Made by a program: the position numbers and the translations under genes
NCBI GenBank assembly: GCA_903844895.1
Contig: CAIMVM010000044.1
Span: 347 to 64,346 of the forward strand
Direction: 5' to 3'
DNA length: 64,000 nucleotides
Origin: an uncultured Pseudomonadota bacterium
GTDB taxonomy: Bacteria; Bdellovibrionota_B; Oligoflexia; Oligoflexales; CAIMVM01
In this document: piece by piece, positions 37,441 to 47,685 of the stretch
Layout: the number at the start of each line of letters is the position of its first letter
Position numbering within the stretch: position 1 is the first letter of the stretch
Notes under the pieces: generated by a model
The model's input: the letters and a program-made list of their open reading frames with translations, nothing else
Database searches by the model: none
What the model was told of the DNA's origin: nothing

Positions 37441-37839
37441 TTAGGATTGCGGTACAAATCCATGAAAGCATAGAAACCCAATGGCTATAGCAATAGAAGT
37501 AAAAGTCATGGCCATTCCTGAAACCCTAAAGCGGAGGTTTTCCACTGGTTGGCTAATGCCATAAGCGTGGAGGGCTCTGCCTATTAATAGACTGGTGCCA
37601 GCCACGTGAAGGAGAGGCCCCGGCGCCAACCAGGTCTCGCAGAAGGCTAGAAGAATGATGGCCAAAGGTACGTACTCGGAAAAATTGGCGTGAGCTCTAG
37701 CGGCTCTTTTTAAGATAAGGTTTCCGCCGTCACCCACACCGATTTTATGTTTCCTTCTTAGGGATAAGGTTCTCACACTCAGAATTAGAAAAAGAACAGC
37801 TAAAAGTGCAGCGTATTTTGGAACTATCGGCAAATTCAT
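37441..37839 (-). CDS. MAPEG family membrane protein (YecN-like)
   Basis: RRKHKIGVGDGG, RAHANFSEYVP, GRALHAYG. Confidence 0.88.
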   Translation of the reverse strand: MNLPIVPKYAALLAVLFLILSVRTLSLRRKHKIGVGDGGNLILKRAARAHANFSEYVPLAIILLAFCETWLAPGPLLHVAGTSLLIGRALHAYGISQPVENLRFRVSGMAMTFTSIAIAIGFLCFHGFVPQS

Positions 37840-37874
37840 TTTCTGCTCCTTTGCGATTCATTTTCAAACTCGAT

Positions 37875-40478
37875 TTAACCCAATTTACCGTGGCACTGTT
37901 TAAACTTCTTTCCTGATCCACACGGACAGGGGTCATTTCTGCCAACCTTATCGCCATTTCTAAAAGTGCCCTGCGCTTGAGGGGCCTCTCGGTCAAGCCT
38001 TGTTCCGTGATAGATCATTCTATCTTCTTCTAGCGGCTCTTTCTCAGTGACTTTTGCCGGAGACGCATTAGGGTGCACAAAGTCCATCTCCGACTCTTCC
38101 ATTTCTGGGGGGCGAGACATTGACAAAGTAGGCTTTGGCATTCTCAGAAGGGTTAGGGTTGTTTCATCTTCTATTCTTTGAACCAAACCTTTGAATAGGG
38201 TGAAGGCCTCTTTTTTGTATTCCTGAAGGGGATCTCTTTGTCCATAGCCCCGCAGAGAAACGGAGTCTTTTAATGCGTCCATTGCTAAAAGATGATTTTT
38301 CCAAGCATGATCGATAACTTGCAGATAGATATAACTGCAGATTCGTTCCGCAATAGCAGGCTCAATACCCGTAAGCTTGCGCTCAAAGTCACCGCTAACA
38401 AAATCAAGCACAGTTTCTGACAAGCTAGCAACGGTATGCTGGGTCTCTGATGTAATCTTTTCAAGATGTATCTCAAGACCAAATTCAGCGGAAAGTTCTT
38501 TGCCTGCAGGATCTAATTGCCAGTTGTCGGAATTGGTTGCTTCCGGGGAATATTTTTGAATAATAGATGAGGCAGCTCTGGTGACGGATTCTCCAAAAAA
38601 ATCTAAATCAGACTGACCGTTCAATGCTGCAGATCTTCTAGAATAGATGACTTGCCGCTGTTGATTCATGACGTCGTCGTATTCTAAGAGGTGCTTTCGA
38701 CTTGAGAAATTTTGCTCTTCCACGCGCTTTTGAGCCCGCTCAATGGCACGAGATACCATGGGGGATTCGATGGCTTCGCCGTCTTTCATGCCTAGGGTTT
38801 TCATGACTTGGCCCAGGCGATCGGAAGCAAAAATTCGCATCAAATCATCTTCCAAGGAAAGAAAAAATTTAGAGCGACCAGGATCCCCTTGACGTCCAGA
38901 TCGGCCTCTCAGCTGATTGTCAATGCGCCGCGAATCGTGTCTTTCGGTACCTATGACATAAAGTCCGCCCACCTCAGAAACACCCTCTCCAAGCTTAATG
39001 TCAGTACCTCGGCCCGCCATGTTGGTGGCGATTGTTACTCTATTTTTGAGTCCAGCTTCTTCGATAATGGTGGCTTCACGAGCATGGTTCTTGGCATTCA
39101 AGACTTCATGTGGGATGTTTTTCTTCGCTAAAAGACTGGAAAGAAGTTCTGATTTTTCAACGGATACTGTTCCCACCAAGACGGGCTGCCCTTTGGCTTG
39201 TGCCAAGGCAATCTCATCCGCAATAGCAATATATTTTTCTTTCGAAGTTCGGTACACGAGGTCTTGTTCATCTTGACGAATCATGACTCTGTTTGTGGGC
39301 ACCACAACGACGTCTAGATTATATATTTTTTGAAATTCCGCAGCCTCTGTGTCGGCGGTACCTGTCATACCAGCGAGGGTTTTATACATTCTAAAAAGAT
39401 TCTGGAAGGTAACTGTAGCTAAGGTCTGAGTCTCTCTTTGAACCTGCACGTTTTCTTTGGCTTCCAAGGCGCCGTGGAGTCCGTCGCTGTATCGGCGACC
39501 CGGCATAAGTCTTCCCGTAAATTCATCGACAATAACGACCTCACCACCGCGTACTACGTAGTCGACGTCTTTCTTGAATACGATTTGAGCCTTTAGAGCT
39601 TGATTTACATGGTGCAACCAATCGATATTTTTAGGGTCGTATAGATTATCAACTTTAAGGCGCTTTTCTAGCTTAGAAATACCGTCTTCTGTGAGTGATA
39701 CGGCCCGCGATTTTTCATCAAAAACGTAGTCAGAGTCTTTCTGCAAGCCAGGAATGGCATGGTTGACCACAACATAAAGCTCTGTTTTGGTGTCTGAAGG
39801 CCCAGAGATAATTAAGGGAGTTCGAGCTTCATCAATTAGGATGGAGTCAACTTCGTCGACAATACCAAAATTAAAGCCACGCTGAACAAGTCGCTCCGGT
39901 TCCGTTTTCATGTTGTCACGAAGAAAATCGAACCCTATTTCATTATTAGTTCCATAGGTAATGTCAGCAGCATAGGCGTCTTTTCTCTCTTGATCTGACA
40001 ACCCATGATGTATGATGCCTGTTCTAAGCCCAAGAAAATCGAAAAGTCTTCCCACCTGAGTGGCATCACGTTCCGCCAAATAGTCATTAACCGTGATAAC
40101 ATGAGCGCCTTTTCCAGATAGGCCATGGAGGTAGCAAGGCAGGGTTGCCGTTAAAGTTTTACCTTCGCCGGTCTTCATTTCAGCAATTTTTCCTGAATTT
40201 AAGACGATACCACCGATCAACTGAACGTCGAAATGGCGCATTCCAAGGGCGCGTTTTGATGCTTCCCGACAAAGTGCATAAGCCTCAGGAAGCACGTTCT
40301 TTATGGGCTCGCCATTTTGCAGGCGGAGTCTGAGGGCCATGGAATGTTCTTTTATCTGAATATCGGAAAGAGAAATCAATCCTGATTCGAGGCCGTTAAT
40401 TCTGTCAACCAGAGGTCTGATTTCGCGATTTATAAGCCGGTCGTTTCGGGTGCCAAATAGCTTTGCGATTAAACTCAT
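37875..40478 (-). CDS. secA: Preprotein translocase ATPase SecA
   Basis: MKTGEGKTL, VDEVDSILIDEARTPLIISG, ATNMAGRGTDI, QLRGRSGRQGDPG, SEC-C motif GRNDPCPCGSGKKFKQCH. Confidence 0.99.
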   Translation of the reverse strand: MSLIAKLFGTRNDRLINREIRPLVDRINGLESGLISLSDIQIKEHSMALRLRLQNGEPIKNVLPEAYALCREASKRALGMRHFDVQLIGGIVLNSGKIAEMKTGEGKTLTATLPCYLHGLSGKGAHVITVNDYLAERDATQVGRLFDFLGLRTGIIHHGLSDQERKDAYAADITYGTNNEIGFDFLRDNMKTEPERLVQRGFNFGIVDEVDSILIDEARTPLIISGPSDTKTELYVVVNHAIPGLQKDSDYVFDEKSRAVSLTEDGISKLEKRLKVDNLYDPKNIDWLHHVNQALKAQIVFKKDVDYVVRGGEVVIVDEFTGRLMPGRRYSDGLHGALEAKENVQVQRETQTLATVTFQNLFRMYKTLAGMTGTADTEAAEFQKIYNLDVVVVPTNRVMIRQDEQDLVYRTSKEKYIAIADEIALAQAKGQPVLVGTVSVEKSELLSSLLAKKNIPHEVLNAKNHAREATIIEEAGLKNRVTIATNMAGRGTDIKLGEGVSEVGGLYVIGTERHDSRRIDNQLRGRSGRQGDPGRSKFFLSLEDDLMRIFASDRLGQVMKTLGMKDGEAIESPMVSRAIERAQKRVEEQNFSSRKHLLEYDDVMNQQRQVIYSRRSAALNGQSDLDFFGESVTRAASSIIQKYSPEATNSDNWQLDPAGKELSAEFGLEIHLEKITSETQHTVASLSETVLDFVSGDFERKLTGIEPAIAERICSYIYLQVIDHAWKNHLLAMDALKDSVSLRGYGQRDPLQEYKKEAFTLFKGLVQRIEDETTLTLLRMPKPTLSMSRPPEMEESEMDFVHPNASPAKVTEKEPLEEDRMIYHGTRLDREAPQAQGTFRNGDKVGRNDPCPCGSGKKFKQCHGKLG

Positions 40479-40589
40479 TAAGAAGCCTTTTTTTGCTTAA
40501 ATTGCTTTTAAAAACAGTGAACGAACTGTAGCAGAAAAGGAGCTTGCTTTCGAAGGAAAAGCGCTCCGCTGCAAAAAGTTCTGGATGTT

Positions 40590-41525
40590 TTAAAAATTTC
40601 CTAAGAGATAACGATTCGGGTTTACAACCCGCCCATTCACCCAAATCTCATAGTGCAAATGGGGACCGGTGGAGCGCCCCGTATCACCAACAGCGGCGAT
40701 TTGCTCTCCCTTTGTGATTTTTTGACCGACTTTTACGAGCAGCGCAGAGTTGTGCCCATAGCGCGTAACCACACCATATCCATGGGCAATCATTAGGAAA
40801 TTGCCAAAGCCATCCTTGACCCCGCTATAAATAACGACACCGTCAGCCGGCGCAATAACGGGGGTGCCAATAGGGGCCGCAATATCGATCCCTTGATGGC
40901 TGGAATTCATGCCCGTGAAGGGCGAAATTCTATATCCAAAAACTGAGGCAACCCAGCCTTCAACCGGCTTGCCAACGGGCAAAGCAGCAAGTAGTGAAGT
41001 GTGGGCCTGAATTTTGGACAAAAGTGTTTGTAAGTCCAAAATGAGGAGGTCAGATTTCGAATGTGCTGATTGGATGTTTTCTATAAGTGGCCTAAAAATC
41101 AAAGAGTCTATGGAAATTCCAAGCGGCCAGGATCTTGCCGCGCTCGCCGATTTGCTAGGCGCCGCGTGTTTTTCCGGCCTAGGAGTTTCAATGCCTGTCT
41201 CACTTTTGACCGCTGAATTTTGGGATTGAACTAGGGAATCAAGTTTTCCTGCAAACTCTTCAACCCGAAAGAGGCCCTTTTTTAAATCCTCGAGATTTGT
41301 CATCAAGATCTGAGCTTCACCCTTAAGCTGTTGATTTTCAGTGATGGCTACCGAGTAGTGGTCTTGCAATTTTAAAAGTTGAATATAGTCTGCTAAACCA
41401 ATTCCAAGTAAAAGAGCGCCGATACAAGCCAATACATAAAATAAGTTAAGCCAAATTTTCCGAATGTGAAATTCTGTCTTTGGCTGAGACCGATCACCAG
41501 AAATAATAATGCTGACATGACCCAC
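40590..41525 (-). CDS. M23 family metallopeptidase with TM helix and coiled coil
   Basis: HQGID (HxxxD), YGH, STGPHLHYE (HxH). Confidence 0.93.
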   Translation of the reverse strand: MGHVSIIISGDRSQPKTEFHIRKIWLNLFYVLACIGALLLGIGLADYIQLLKLQDHYSVAITENQQLKGEAQILMTNLEDLKKGLFRVEEFAGKLDSLVQSQNSAVKSETGIETPRPEKHAAPSKSASAARSWPLGISIDSLIFRPLIENIQSAHSKSDLLILDLQTLLSKIQAHTSLLAALPVGKPVEGWVASVFGYRISPFTGMNSSHQGIDIAAPIGTPVIAPADGVVIYSGVKDGFGNFLMIAHGYGVVTRYGHNSALLVKVGQKITKGEQIAAVGDTGRSTGPHLHYEIWVNGRVVNPNRYLLGNF

Positions 41526-41557
41526 TGAAAGCCTCGATAGTAATAGAAATAAAATCG

Positions 41558-42301
41558 TTAAGACTCGGGCGAACAGACCTTTAGTAACACAGCAGTGATA
41601 TTATCTTCTCCGCCTCGTTCTTTAGCGATACTAATAAAATGACCGACCGCCGCCAAATCGTGAGCGAGTATCTGTTCGCAAATTTCATAATTACTCATTT
41701 TTCCTGTAAGTCCATCGCTACAAAGCAAGATGTAGTCGTCGGGCTCAAGATCTACAGAAAAACAATCGACAAATTCTTCTTCTAAAAAGCCAACACTTCG
41801 AGTGATTATATTTCGTAGGCGGTGAGACTGAGCCTCCTCTTCGGTGATGATTCCAGCCCTAATTTGCTCAAAAATAAGTGAGTGATCATTACTTAAAAGA
41901 TAAAGAAACTTTTTTCTTAAAAGATAAAGGCGAGAGTCGCCAACATGTCCACAATGAAGTCTTCGATCACGAATTAGCGCACTAGTGGCCGTTGTACCCA
42001 TGCCTTTAAGGTCCGGATTTCGTAGAGCCTCTTCGTAAATTTCAGTACTTGCTTGATTAATACTGGTAGAAAGCGCCAGGTGGTATTTTGACTCATCTGA
42101 GTTTTCTGGAAGATCTGAAGAGCTAAAATACTTTTCCATGGCAGCGCAGCATATGGAGCTTGCTATCTCGCCCCCAGCATGCCCTCCCATGCCATCACAA
42201 ACAACAAATAGGCCAATATCAGAGTTTAACAGATAGGAATCTTGATTTACTTTTCTGACATTACCAATATCCGTTTTAGCATTGTATCTAATTTGTAACA
42301 T
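41558..42301 (-). CDS. PP2C-type Ser/Thr protein phosphatase (Stp1/PrpC-like)
   Basis: TDIGNVRKVNQD, VCDGMGGH, GMGTT, HVGDSR, LCSDGL, GGEDNIT. Confidence 0.95.
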   Translation of the reverse strand: MLQIRYNAKTDIGNVRKVNQDSYLLNSDIGLFVVCDGMGGHAGGEIASSICCAAMEKYFSSSDLPENSDESKYHLALSTSINQASTEIYEEALRNPDLKGMGTTATSALIRDRRLHCGHVGDSRLYLLRKKFLYLLSNDHSLIFEQIRAGIITEEEAQSHRLRNIITRSVGFLEEEFVDCFSVDLEPDDYILLCSDGLTGKMSNYEICEQILAHDLAAVGHFISIAKERGGEDNITAVLLKVCSPES

Positions 42302-42647
42302 TAGGACTTCACCTCAATTGATATGGAACAATCAAACAACTTAAAATGAATTCCCCAAAAAGTAAGAATATCAGCCTTAATGACGAGCTTTCGCCGGGAA
42401 TCATCCCCCTTGTTGGCGATCAAGTTTCTTAAAGACATTTTACAATATTCTATCTTAAAAGGAGCCACAATTTTACCAAGTAGAGTAATTATACACGGTC
42501 TCTTCTCTAGAAGTTAGGCCTTGCTTGTTAGGAGTAAAACGAATCCAAGATCCATTTCTACAAGCTGATATTTATGTATTTATTTCGTATGAATCTAGAG
42601 AAGCTTGGGCACCTGAAACTCACGAATTTACACATTTTAAGTCAATG

Positions 42648-43283
42648 TTAGATAGGATCAGCTTTTAATTGAGGACTGGCGATGAGAGGACTGGCGATGA
42701 GATGAGGCAAAAGGGTTTGTGCCGTTAACTGAGCGCCGACCTTAAAATGATCTTTCCAGAGGTTGCGGCCTTCGGGGCCTACGGAGTTTGTGATCACTAG
42801 AAAAGCATCAAAAGTCTTAGCAGCTAGATAAATAGGCAACAACGAATACATTTCTAAATTTTCAACGATTTTGGAATCAATAATGTCTGATGGAGATACT
42901 GAAATGCCTGGTGTTGTATAGACATCTGCGGAAGCAATGGGAAACGACAGCAAGCTTTTACTATTAGAGGTCCATGGTAACTCTTGCCCCTCAATTAATT
43001 CAGATAATTTTTCACTGACACATCTGGGTCGCCAGAAAATCGTATTCGTTTTTATGAGATAAGGGGATTGAAAAGGATAAAAACACCCGGCGCTTCCCAA
43101 AATCAAAACGTGCCTTCCTCGACATTTGTCGGCCAGATTTTGAGCGCCCCATGCCGAAGCAATGGATCCGATACCAAAAGACATGTACTCATAAGACAAT
43201 TTATGGGTCGATAAGAGCTCAAGCAAAGGTTGAGCTTCAAAAGGGGCAGCAGAAAGCACGAGCAAAGGGTTTAGAGAAGCCAT
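42648..43283 (-). CDS. Purine nucleoside phosphorylase/nucleosidase-fold protein (MqnB/MTAN-like)
   Basis: SAAPFEA, FGIGSIASA, ILGSAG, VENLE, ITNSVG follow the futalosine hydrolase/MTAN pattern; divergent. Confidence 0.6.
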   Translation of the reverse strand: MASLNPLLVLSAAPFEAQPLLELLSTHKLSYEYMSFGIGSIASAWGAQNLADKCRGRHVLILGSAGCFYPFQSPYLIKTNTIFWRPRCVSEKLSELIEGQELPWTSNSKSLLSFPIASADVYTTPGISVSPSDIIDSKIVENLEMYSLLPIYLAAKTFDAFLVITNSVGPEGRNLWKDHFKVGAQLTAQTLLPHLIASPLIASPQLKADPI

Positions 43284-44962
43284 ATGTTTGAGACAACGAC
43301 AGGTTTCTTGCGAAACTCATTTGCGAGCTTTCTGCGCACAGCCACACGCACCACTTCTGAGACATCTGCATCGGTTGGGGGAACTTTTAAGGATTTTCCC
43401 CAAGCCTTGATTTCATCTAATAGCTCATTTGCCCAACCAAATTCATCTAAACCTTTTTTCTTTGACTCATTCATAAGGCCAAGAGATTCAAGTGTCGGGC
43501 CTTTTGCCCAAACGCCTTTTCTGACATCAATAATACCTGAAATAATAACTCCACCTAGCTCACCAACTCGAAGTCTCTCACGAATCGTTTCGTAATGAAG
43601 TAGAGCCGAGGACTCGCCGTCCACATAAAGTAGGGGGACGTCGACTTCGCCAATTTGGCGAACGCCTTTATCCTTATGGACTTCAAGCACAGCGCCGTTA
43701 TCAGGAATGATGGTCTGAAAGCGTAGGCTATTGCCGAGAATTTGATTGTCACAAATTTGAGCATAAGTTCCATGAACGGGCATGAAATACTTTGGATTTG
43801 CAGCTTCCAGCAATAATTTAATTTCACCGGCGTAGGCATGTCCTGATACGTGAATTCCAGGATGGCTGCGTGTGGTAATGACATGGGCTCCTAGTCTTCT
43901 AAGTTCACTAATGAGTGCTGCCACATCTTTTTCATTTCCAGGAATGGTACGGGCTGAAATGATCACCGAATCGTTGGGCATTATCTTAATATCTCGATGT
44001 TCACCATAAGCCATTTTATAAAGAGAGGCTCTATTTTCAGCTTGGCAACCGGTGGCGAGGACGATCAAATCTCGATCTTCGACTTTTTTTAGATGTTCGG
44101 GACTCACTTTAACCCCATCGGGCCATTTAAAGTGACCAAGTTCTTCCGCAAGTTTGAGGCAATTATCAATACCTGTTCCAGAAACTAAAACCTTTTTACC
44201 GAGTTCCTTAGCAAGTTTTACAACGATTTGAAGCCGCCATAAGTTACTTGCAAAGGTTGAAATAATAGTTCGTCCGCGACATTCCAGAATAGCTTTTCTT
44301 AGAGGCTCAACCACTTCAGCTTCTCCTGGCCCGACTCCGGGGTGGGAAGCGTTCGTAGAGTCGGCAAGCATTAACGTGATATCTTTATGGCGCCTATACT
44401 CCTCAAGGCGAATAGGGGGGCACTCCTCGCATTTTAAATCGACTTTGAAATCGCCCGTGTGTAATATTTTAGTGCCTTTGTGTTCGATGATTACGGCACA
44501 GGCATCTGGAATTGAGTGATTGACATGTAAATACTCAAATTTGACTTTACCAATCGTAAAGATATCTCCAGCATTTACTTTTCGAATGGAGTTTTTAAGG
44601 CCTTGGAGGCCGTGACGGTCAAACTTTCCTTCAATAAGACGGCAGGTCCAAGGCGTAGCATAAATCAGAGCTGGCCAGTCTCGACAAATAAAAGGCAGAG
44701 CTCCAATGTGGTCTTCGTGCCCATGGGTAATGATGTAAGCTGCCGGACCACCAAACTTTTTAAAAATCTCGGTTACATCAGGAATAACGGAGGCGACGCC
44801 AAGGCTTCTCGCGTCGGCAAAAAGCAGGCCCGCGTCCACCACAAAAAGGCGGCCGTCCACCACATAACCAGTCATATTTTTGCCGAATTCACCGCATCCG
44901 CCAATAGGAAACACGACGATTCCCTGCGAGTTAAACGCCGAGCCAAGTTCAATATTCATCAT
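43271..44962 (-). CDS. rnj: Ribonuclease J
   Basis: PIGGCGEFGKNM, THGHEDHIG, HSIPD, HTGDFK, DSTN, TFASN, HVSGH, PVHG. Confidence 0.95.
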   Translation of the reverse strand: MMNIELGSAFNSQGIVVFPIGGCGEFGKNMTGYVVDGRLFVVDAGLLFADARSLGVASVIPDVTEIFKKFGGPAAYIITHGHEDHIGALPFICRDWPALIYATPWTCRLIEGKFDRHGLQGLKNSIRKVNAGDIFTIGKVKFEYLHVNHSIPDACAVIIEHKGTKILHTGDFKVDLKCEECPPIRLEEYRRHKDITLMLADSTNASHPGVGPGEAEVVEPLRKAILECRGRTIISTFASNLWRLQIVVKLAKELGKKVLVSGTGIDNCLKLAEELGHFKWPDGVKVSPEHLKKVEDRDLIVLATGCQAENRASLYKMAYGEHRDIKIMPNDSVIISARTIPGNEKDVAALISELRRLGAHVITTRSHPGIHVSGHAYAGEIKLLLEAANPKYFMPVHGTYAQICDNQILGNSLRFQTIIPDNGAVLEVHKDKGVRQIGEVDVPLLYVDGESSALLHYETIRERLRVGELGGVIISGIIDVRKGVWAKGPTLESLGLMNESKKKGLDEFGWANELLDEIKAWGKSLKVPPTDADVSEVVRVAVRRKLANEFRKKPVVVSNIWLL

Positions 44963-44966
44963 TACC

Positions 44967-46595
44967 TTACAAGTTCTTTTCGGGTCTGAAATCAAATATA
45001 TGTGAAATCTTTATACTTCCTAGCTTAGGCTTGGGAAGTTTAAAAACGGATATCTTTCGTCGAACACACCGTGCCATATCGTTGTCACCGATTTCTGAGC
45101 GCACCAATTGAATATCCGTAATAAGGCCCTCGGTGTCAAGTATCCATTCCCAACGCATTTTTCCCTTCTGGGCTATATTGCGCCTAAGAGCAGCCTCATA
45201 ACACAATTGTATCTCCATTCGCTGCGACAAGAGAGCCTGACGAAGTAATGACTGATTGACCTTTCCGGTTAATGGTTCTAGTGGTTTATCTACCTTTTCT
45301 TTAGACCCAAACGTAGAAACAGGTAGCATTGCAAGTTTTCTCAAGTCAATTCGAGGTATAGCCCCCTCACTGATTCCGACCACCCCAGGTGTAGTTTTAA
45401 GTAAGATTCCCGGTGCGTCTGAAAGGGCTTCTTGGTCTTCAAGGCCGGAAAGAAATTTTTCGCGATATCCGCCTGCGCGGCGGCTAAGTACGTCAAACTG
45501 TTCGTAAAGAGCTTTTTCTTTATCAACACTGAATATACCCTGGGAAATAGTGGTTAGAGCATCGTTCTTTGGGGTCACATTCTTTCTTTGATAATCTTCC
45601 CAATTGTAGCCCGAGCCCTGCTGGAATTCAGCTTGAAACGACATCTTTGTGTTTAAACGAGTATTGGCATTGGTTGAAATATACTCAAAGCGATTTAAAA
45701 CCGCGACAACCTTCTGGGAAAAACTGGGGCCGATAACGATAGGAATCTGCACTTGTGCTGCAATAGGAGAGCTTCTGGCTGCTTCAGATAGTGATGCCAA
45801 TGCCCCTCGAATTTTTGACAGATCGGCATCAACACCGTCGCTTTCCTGTTTGGCGCGCTCTCCTAGGAATTGATGGTCAGGGACCAGCGACGTTTGTTTC
45901 CAAGTAAATGCATTGCTCAAGTAATTGCGATGCCAAGCGAGGAGAGAGCGAATCGGGCGGTCAACCTCTAAATTTTCTTGTAAAACTTCCGGTGCGATTT
46001 TTAGTAAATCGGCACTTATAAATGGGAGCGTATAGGAATTGTCCAAATCCTCAAAGGATTCTGGTCTTTGGTTGGGTATGCTGGAGAGGGCCGTCCAGAA
46101 TGCCGCAAACAGAAATAGACAAACACCTAATGAGAAAAGATTGGCGCCCGACTGCCACTTGTCGCTAATCATAGTAGAGAGAGGAGAGGAAAGATATTTT
46201 GAGTCAGAGCCTCGGCGAGCTTTCCATTTAACAATAGGTTCTCTAATGTAAATAAGAAGGCGTAAGTCGTGCCAAGCCAAAGATGCAAAATCGTCTGGTT
46301 TCATGATATAGGTGTCACCAAGTGATTTATGAGGCAGGACGTCCATCATTTTTCCACTTGATACCACAAAGCCTTCCCAGGCGTGATCAATAAAAACCTG
46401 AGCTTCATTTTTTCCAATTTTTAGAATCGGAATGTTTCTTGATAAGGGATATAGATTTAATCCTAAAATATCAGTTTCTTTACTGGAAAGCGAAAGCAGC
46501 CCTGATGTCTTTAAAGGAAGATCTAAGTCCTTTATGGCAGCGCCATTCTGAAGTATGCGAAGTTCAACTCTATAATTTTTATGGTTTCTTGACAT
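44967..46595 (-). CDS. AgmX/PglI (GltG)-like protein: cytoplasmic beta domain, one TM helix, periplasmic linker, TonB-C-like domain
   Basis: C-terminal IQLCYEAALRRN..KGKM...W.L...G.I.......SEI....MARCV....FKLPKP matches the AgmX/PglI C-terminal domain pattern; downstream of ExbB/ExbD-like genes. Confidence 0.75.
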   Translation of the reverse strand: MSRNHKNYRVELRILQNGAAIKDLDLPLKTSGLLSLSSKETDILGLNLYPLSRNIPILKIGKNEAQVFIDHAWEGFVVSSGKMMDVLPHKSLGDTYIMKPDDFASLAWHDLRLLIYIREPIVKWKARRGSDSKYLSSPLSTMISDKWQSGANLFSLGVCLFLFAAFWTALSSIPNQRPESFEDLDNSYTLPFISADLLKIAPEVLQENLEVDRPIRSLLAWHRNYLSNAFTWKQTSLVPDHQFLGERAKQESDGVDADLSKIRGALASLSEAARSSPIAAQVQIPIVIGPSFSQKVVAVLNRFEYISTNANTRLNTKMSFQAEFQQGSGYNWEDYQRKNVTPKNDALTTISQGIFSVDKEKALYEQFDVLSRRAGGYREKFLSGLEDQEALSDAPGILLKTTPGVVGISEGAIPRIDLRKLAMLPVSTFGSKEKVDKPLEPLTGKVNQSLLRQALLSQRMEIQLCYEAALRRNIAQKGKMRWEWILDTEGLITDIQLVRSEIGDNDMARCVRRKISVFKLPKPKLGSIKISHIFDFRPEKNL

Positions 46596-47116
46596 TAAAG
46601 AGAGTGATCCTTCAATATTTTTGTTTCAAACCCATAAGAATCAAATCCTGACTCTGCAAATGCCGAGATAAGAGGATGGATGTGGTACCAGGTCGATCTT
46701 CGATCAGCGGAAACTACTATGGAGGTTCGGGTTGGGGTTGCCCTTCGCTCCACCGAAAACTCCGTGAGAAGTTCTTTCGAACGCGTTTGAAGATAAGCTT
46801 TAAAATCCTTAAAATCGCCGGATTCCGGGTCTTCGGCTGACCAGCGATAGACTCGAGCTTCAGGAGTTGTGACGACAACATCTTCACCTAAAACCGACAC
46901 CATAATTAGGATCGCTCCTTCCAGCTCTTCGTTACCAAAGCCTTCGTGCAGCTCTGCCAACGATCCTAAACGAGGATTGAGATGAATGATAATTTGTCCT
47001 GTAAGGATCATCGCGAGACCAATACTTATAAATGCAGGCGCAGGAAACCAAAATGTGGTTTGTTTCAACCTCGTATTCATTTCCGAAAGGCGCTTGGACG
47101 CAAGTGATGTCCTCAT
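46595..47116 (-). CDS. ExbD/TolR (AglQ/AglS)-like protein
   Basis: N-terminal TM helix; C-terminal IVVSADRRSTW..I..LISAFAESGF matches the ExbD periplasmic fold signature. Confidence 0.7.
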   Translation of the reverse strand: MRTSLASKRLSEMNTRLKQTTFWFPAPAFISIGLAMILTGQIIIHLNPRLGSLAELHEGFGNEELEGAILIMVSVLGEDVVVTTPEARVYRWSAEDPESGDFKDFKAYLQTRSKELLTEFSVERRATPTRTSIVVSADRRSTWYHIHPLISAFAESGFDSYGFETKILKDHSL

Positions 47117-47685
47117 TGCAGACCGCTCCCAAGCACCACATCGGAAAAACCACCAGCAGACTTCAGGCGGTCAATAACCTCAATGACTATAGGCATAGGG
47201 GCTCCTGGAAAAGGGACAAGTATGGCAACCTTCGGCAAATTTTCCCGATTCAAGAGGGACCATTTCTTCAAGTCTGAGAGCATCTGACCTACTTGCGGAG
47301 AACCGTTGACATGGGGCACTTTGAATTTGTTTCTTACATTCCCTAGTTTGGTGGAAAACGCCTCTATGGGTCCAAAAAAGAGAGCATCATTACCTAAAAC
47401 GACAGTTATAGTACCGTCACCTAATACATTCTCGGATTTCTGGGCCAACGCATGAGCGGCGACTTGAAGCGATGCCGGCTCTTCATATCGATCTTCAGAA
47501 ACCAGTTGAGGGATTTTGGCTGAAACTAACCCAAAATTCCACCCAAGGCTAGCTGCCCTCAGCGCAAAGATACTAATCGTAAACAATATGATCAAACCCA
47601 GAAAGATAGTGGGCATAGACCAATCGTCTCTAAATAATCTCTTCCTCGTCTTTGATATCGTCAATTGTAACGTCATCGAAAGCAT
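47113..47685 (-). CDS. ExbD/TolR (AglQ/AglS)-like protein
   Basis: TM MPTIFLGLIILF; C-terminal ILVP...PMPIVIEVIDRLKSAGGFSDVVL. Start uncertain: ATG 47685 has GGAG upstream; alternatives are 47676 and 47616. Confidence 0.65.
   Translation of the reverse strand: MLSMTLQLTISKTRKRLFRDDWSMPTIFLGLIILFTISIFALRAASLGWNFGLVSAKIPQLVSEDRYEEPASLQVAAHALAQKSENVLGDGTITVVLGNDALFFGPIEAFSTKLGNVRNKFKVPHVNGSPQVGQMLSDLKKWSLLNRENLPKVAILVPFPGAPMPIVIEVIDRLKSAGGFSDVVLGSGLQ

Noticed and set aside
42301-42438. 45-codon minus-strand ORF ending in a TAATG overlap with the PP2C start
   Set aside because: No RBS and no recognisable protein features; cannot be supported.
42502-42603. 10-bp inverted repeat CTTCTCTAGA/TCTAGAGAAG as MITE ends
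   Set aside because: Short, no target-site duplication, and no second copy in the window.
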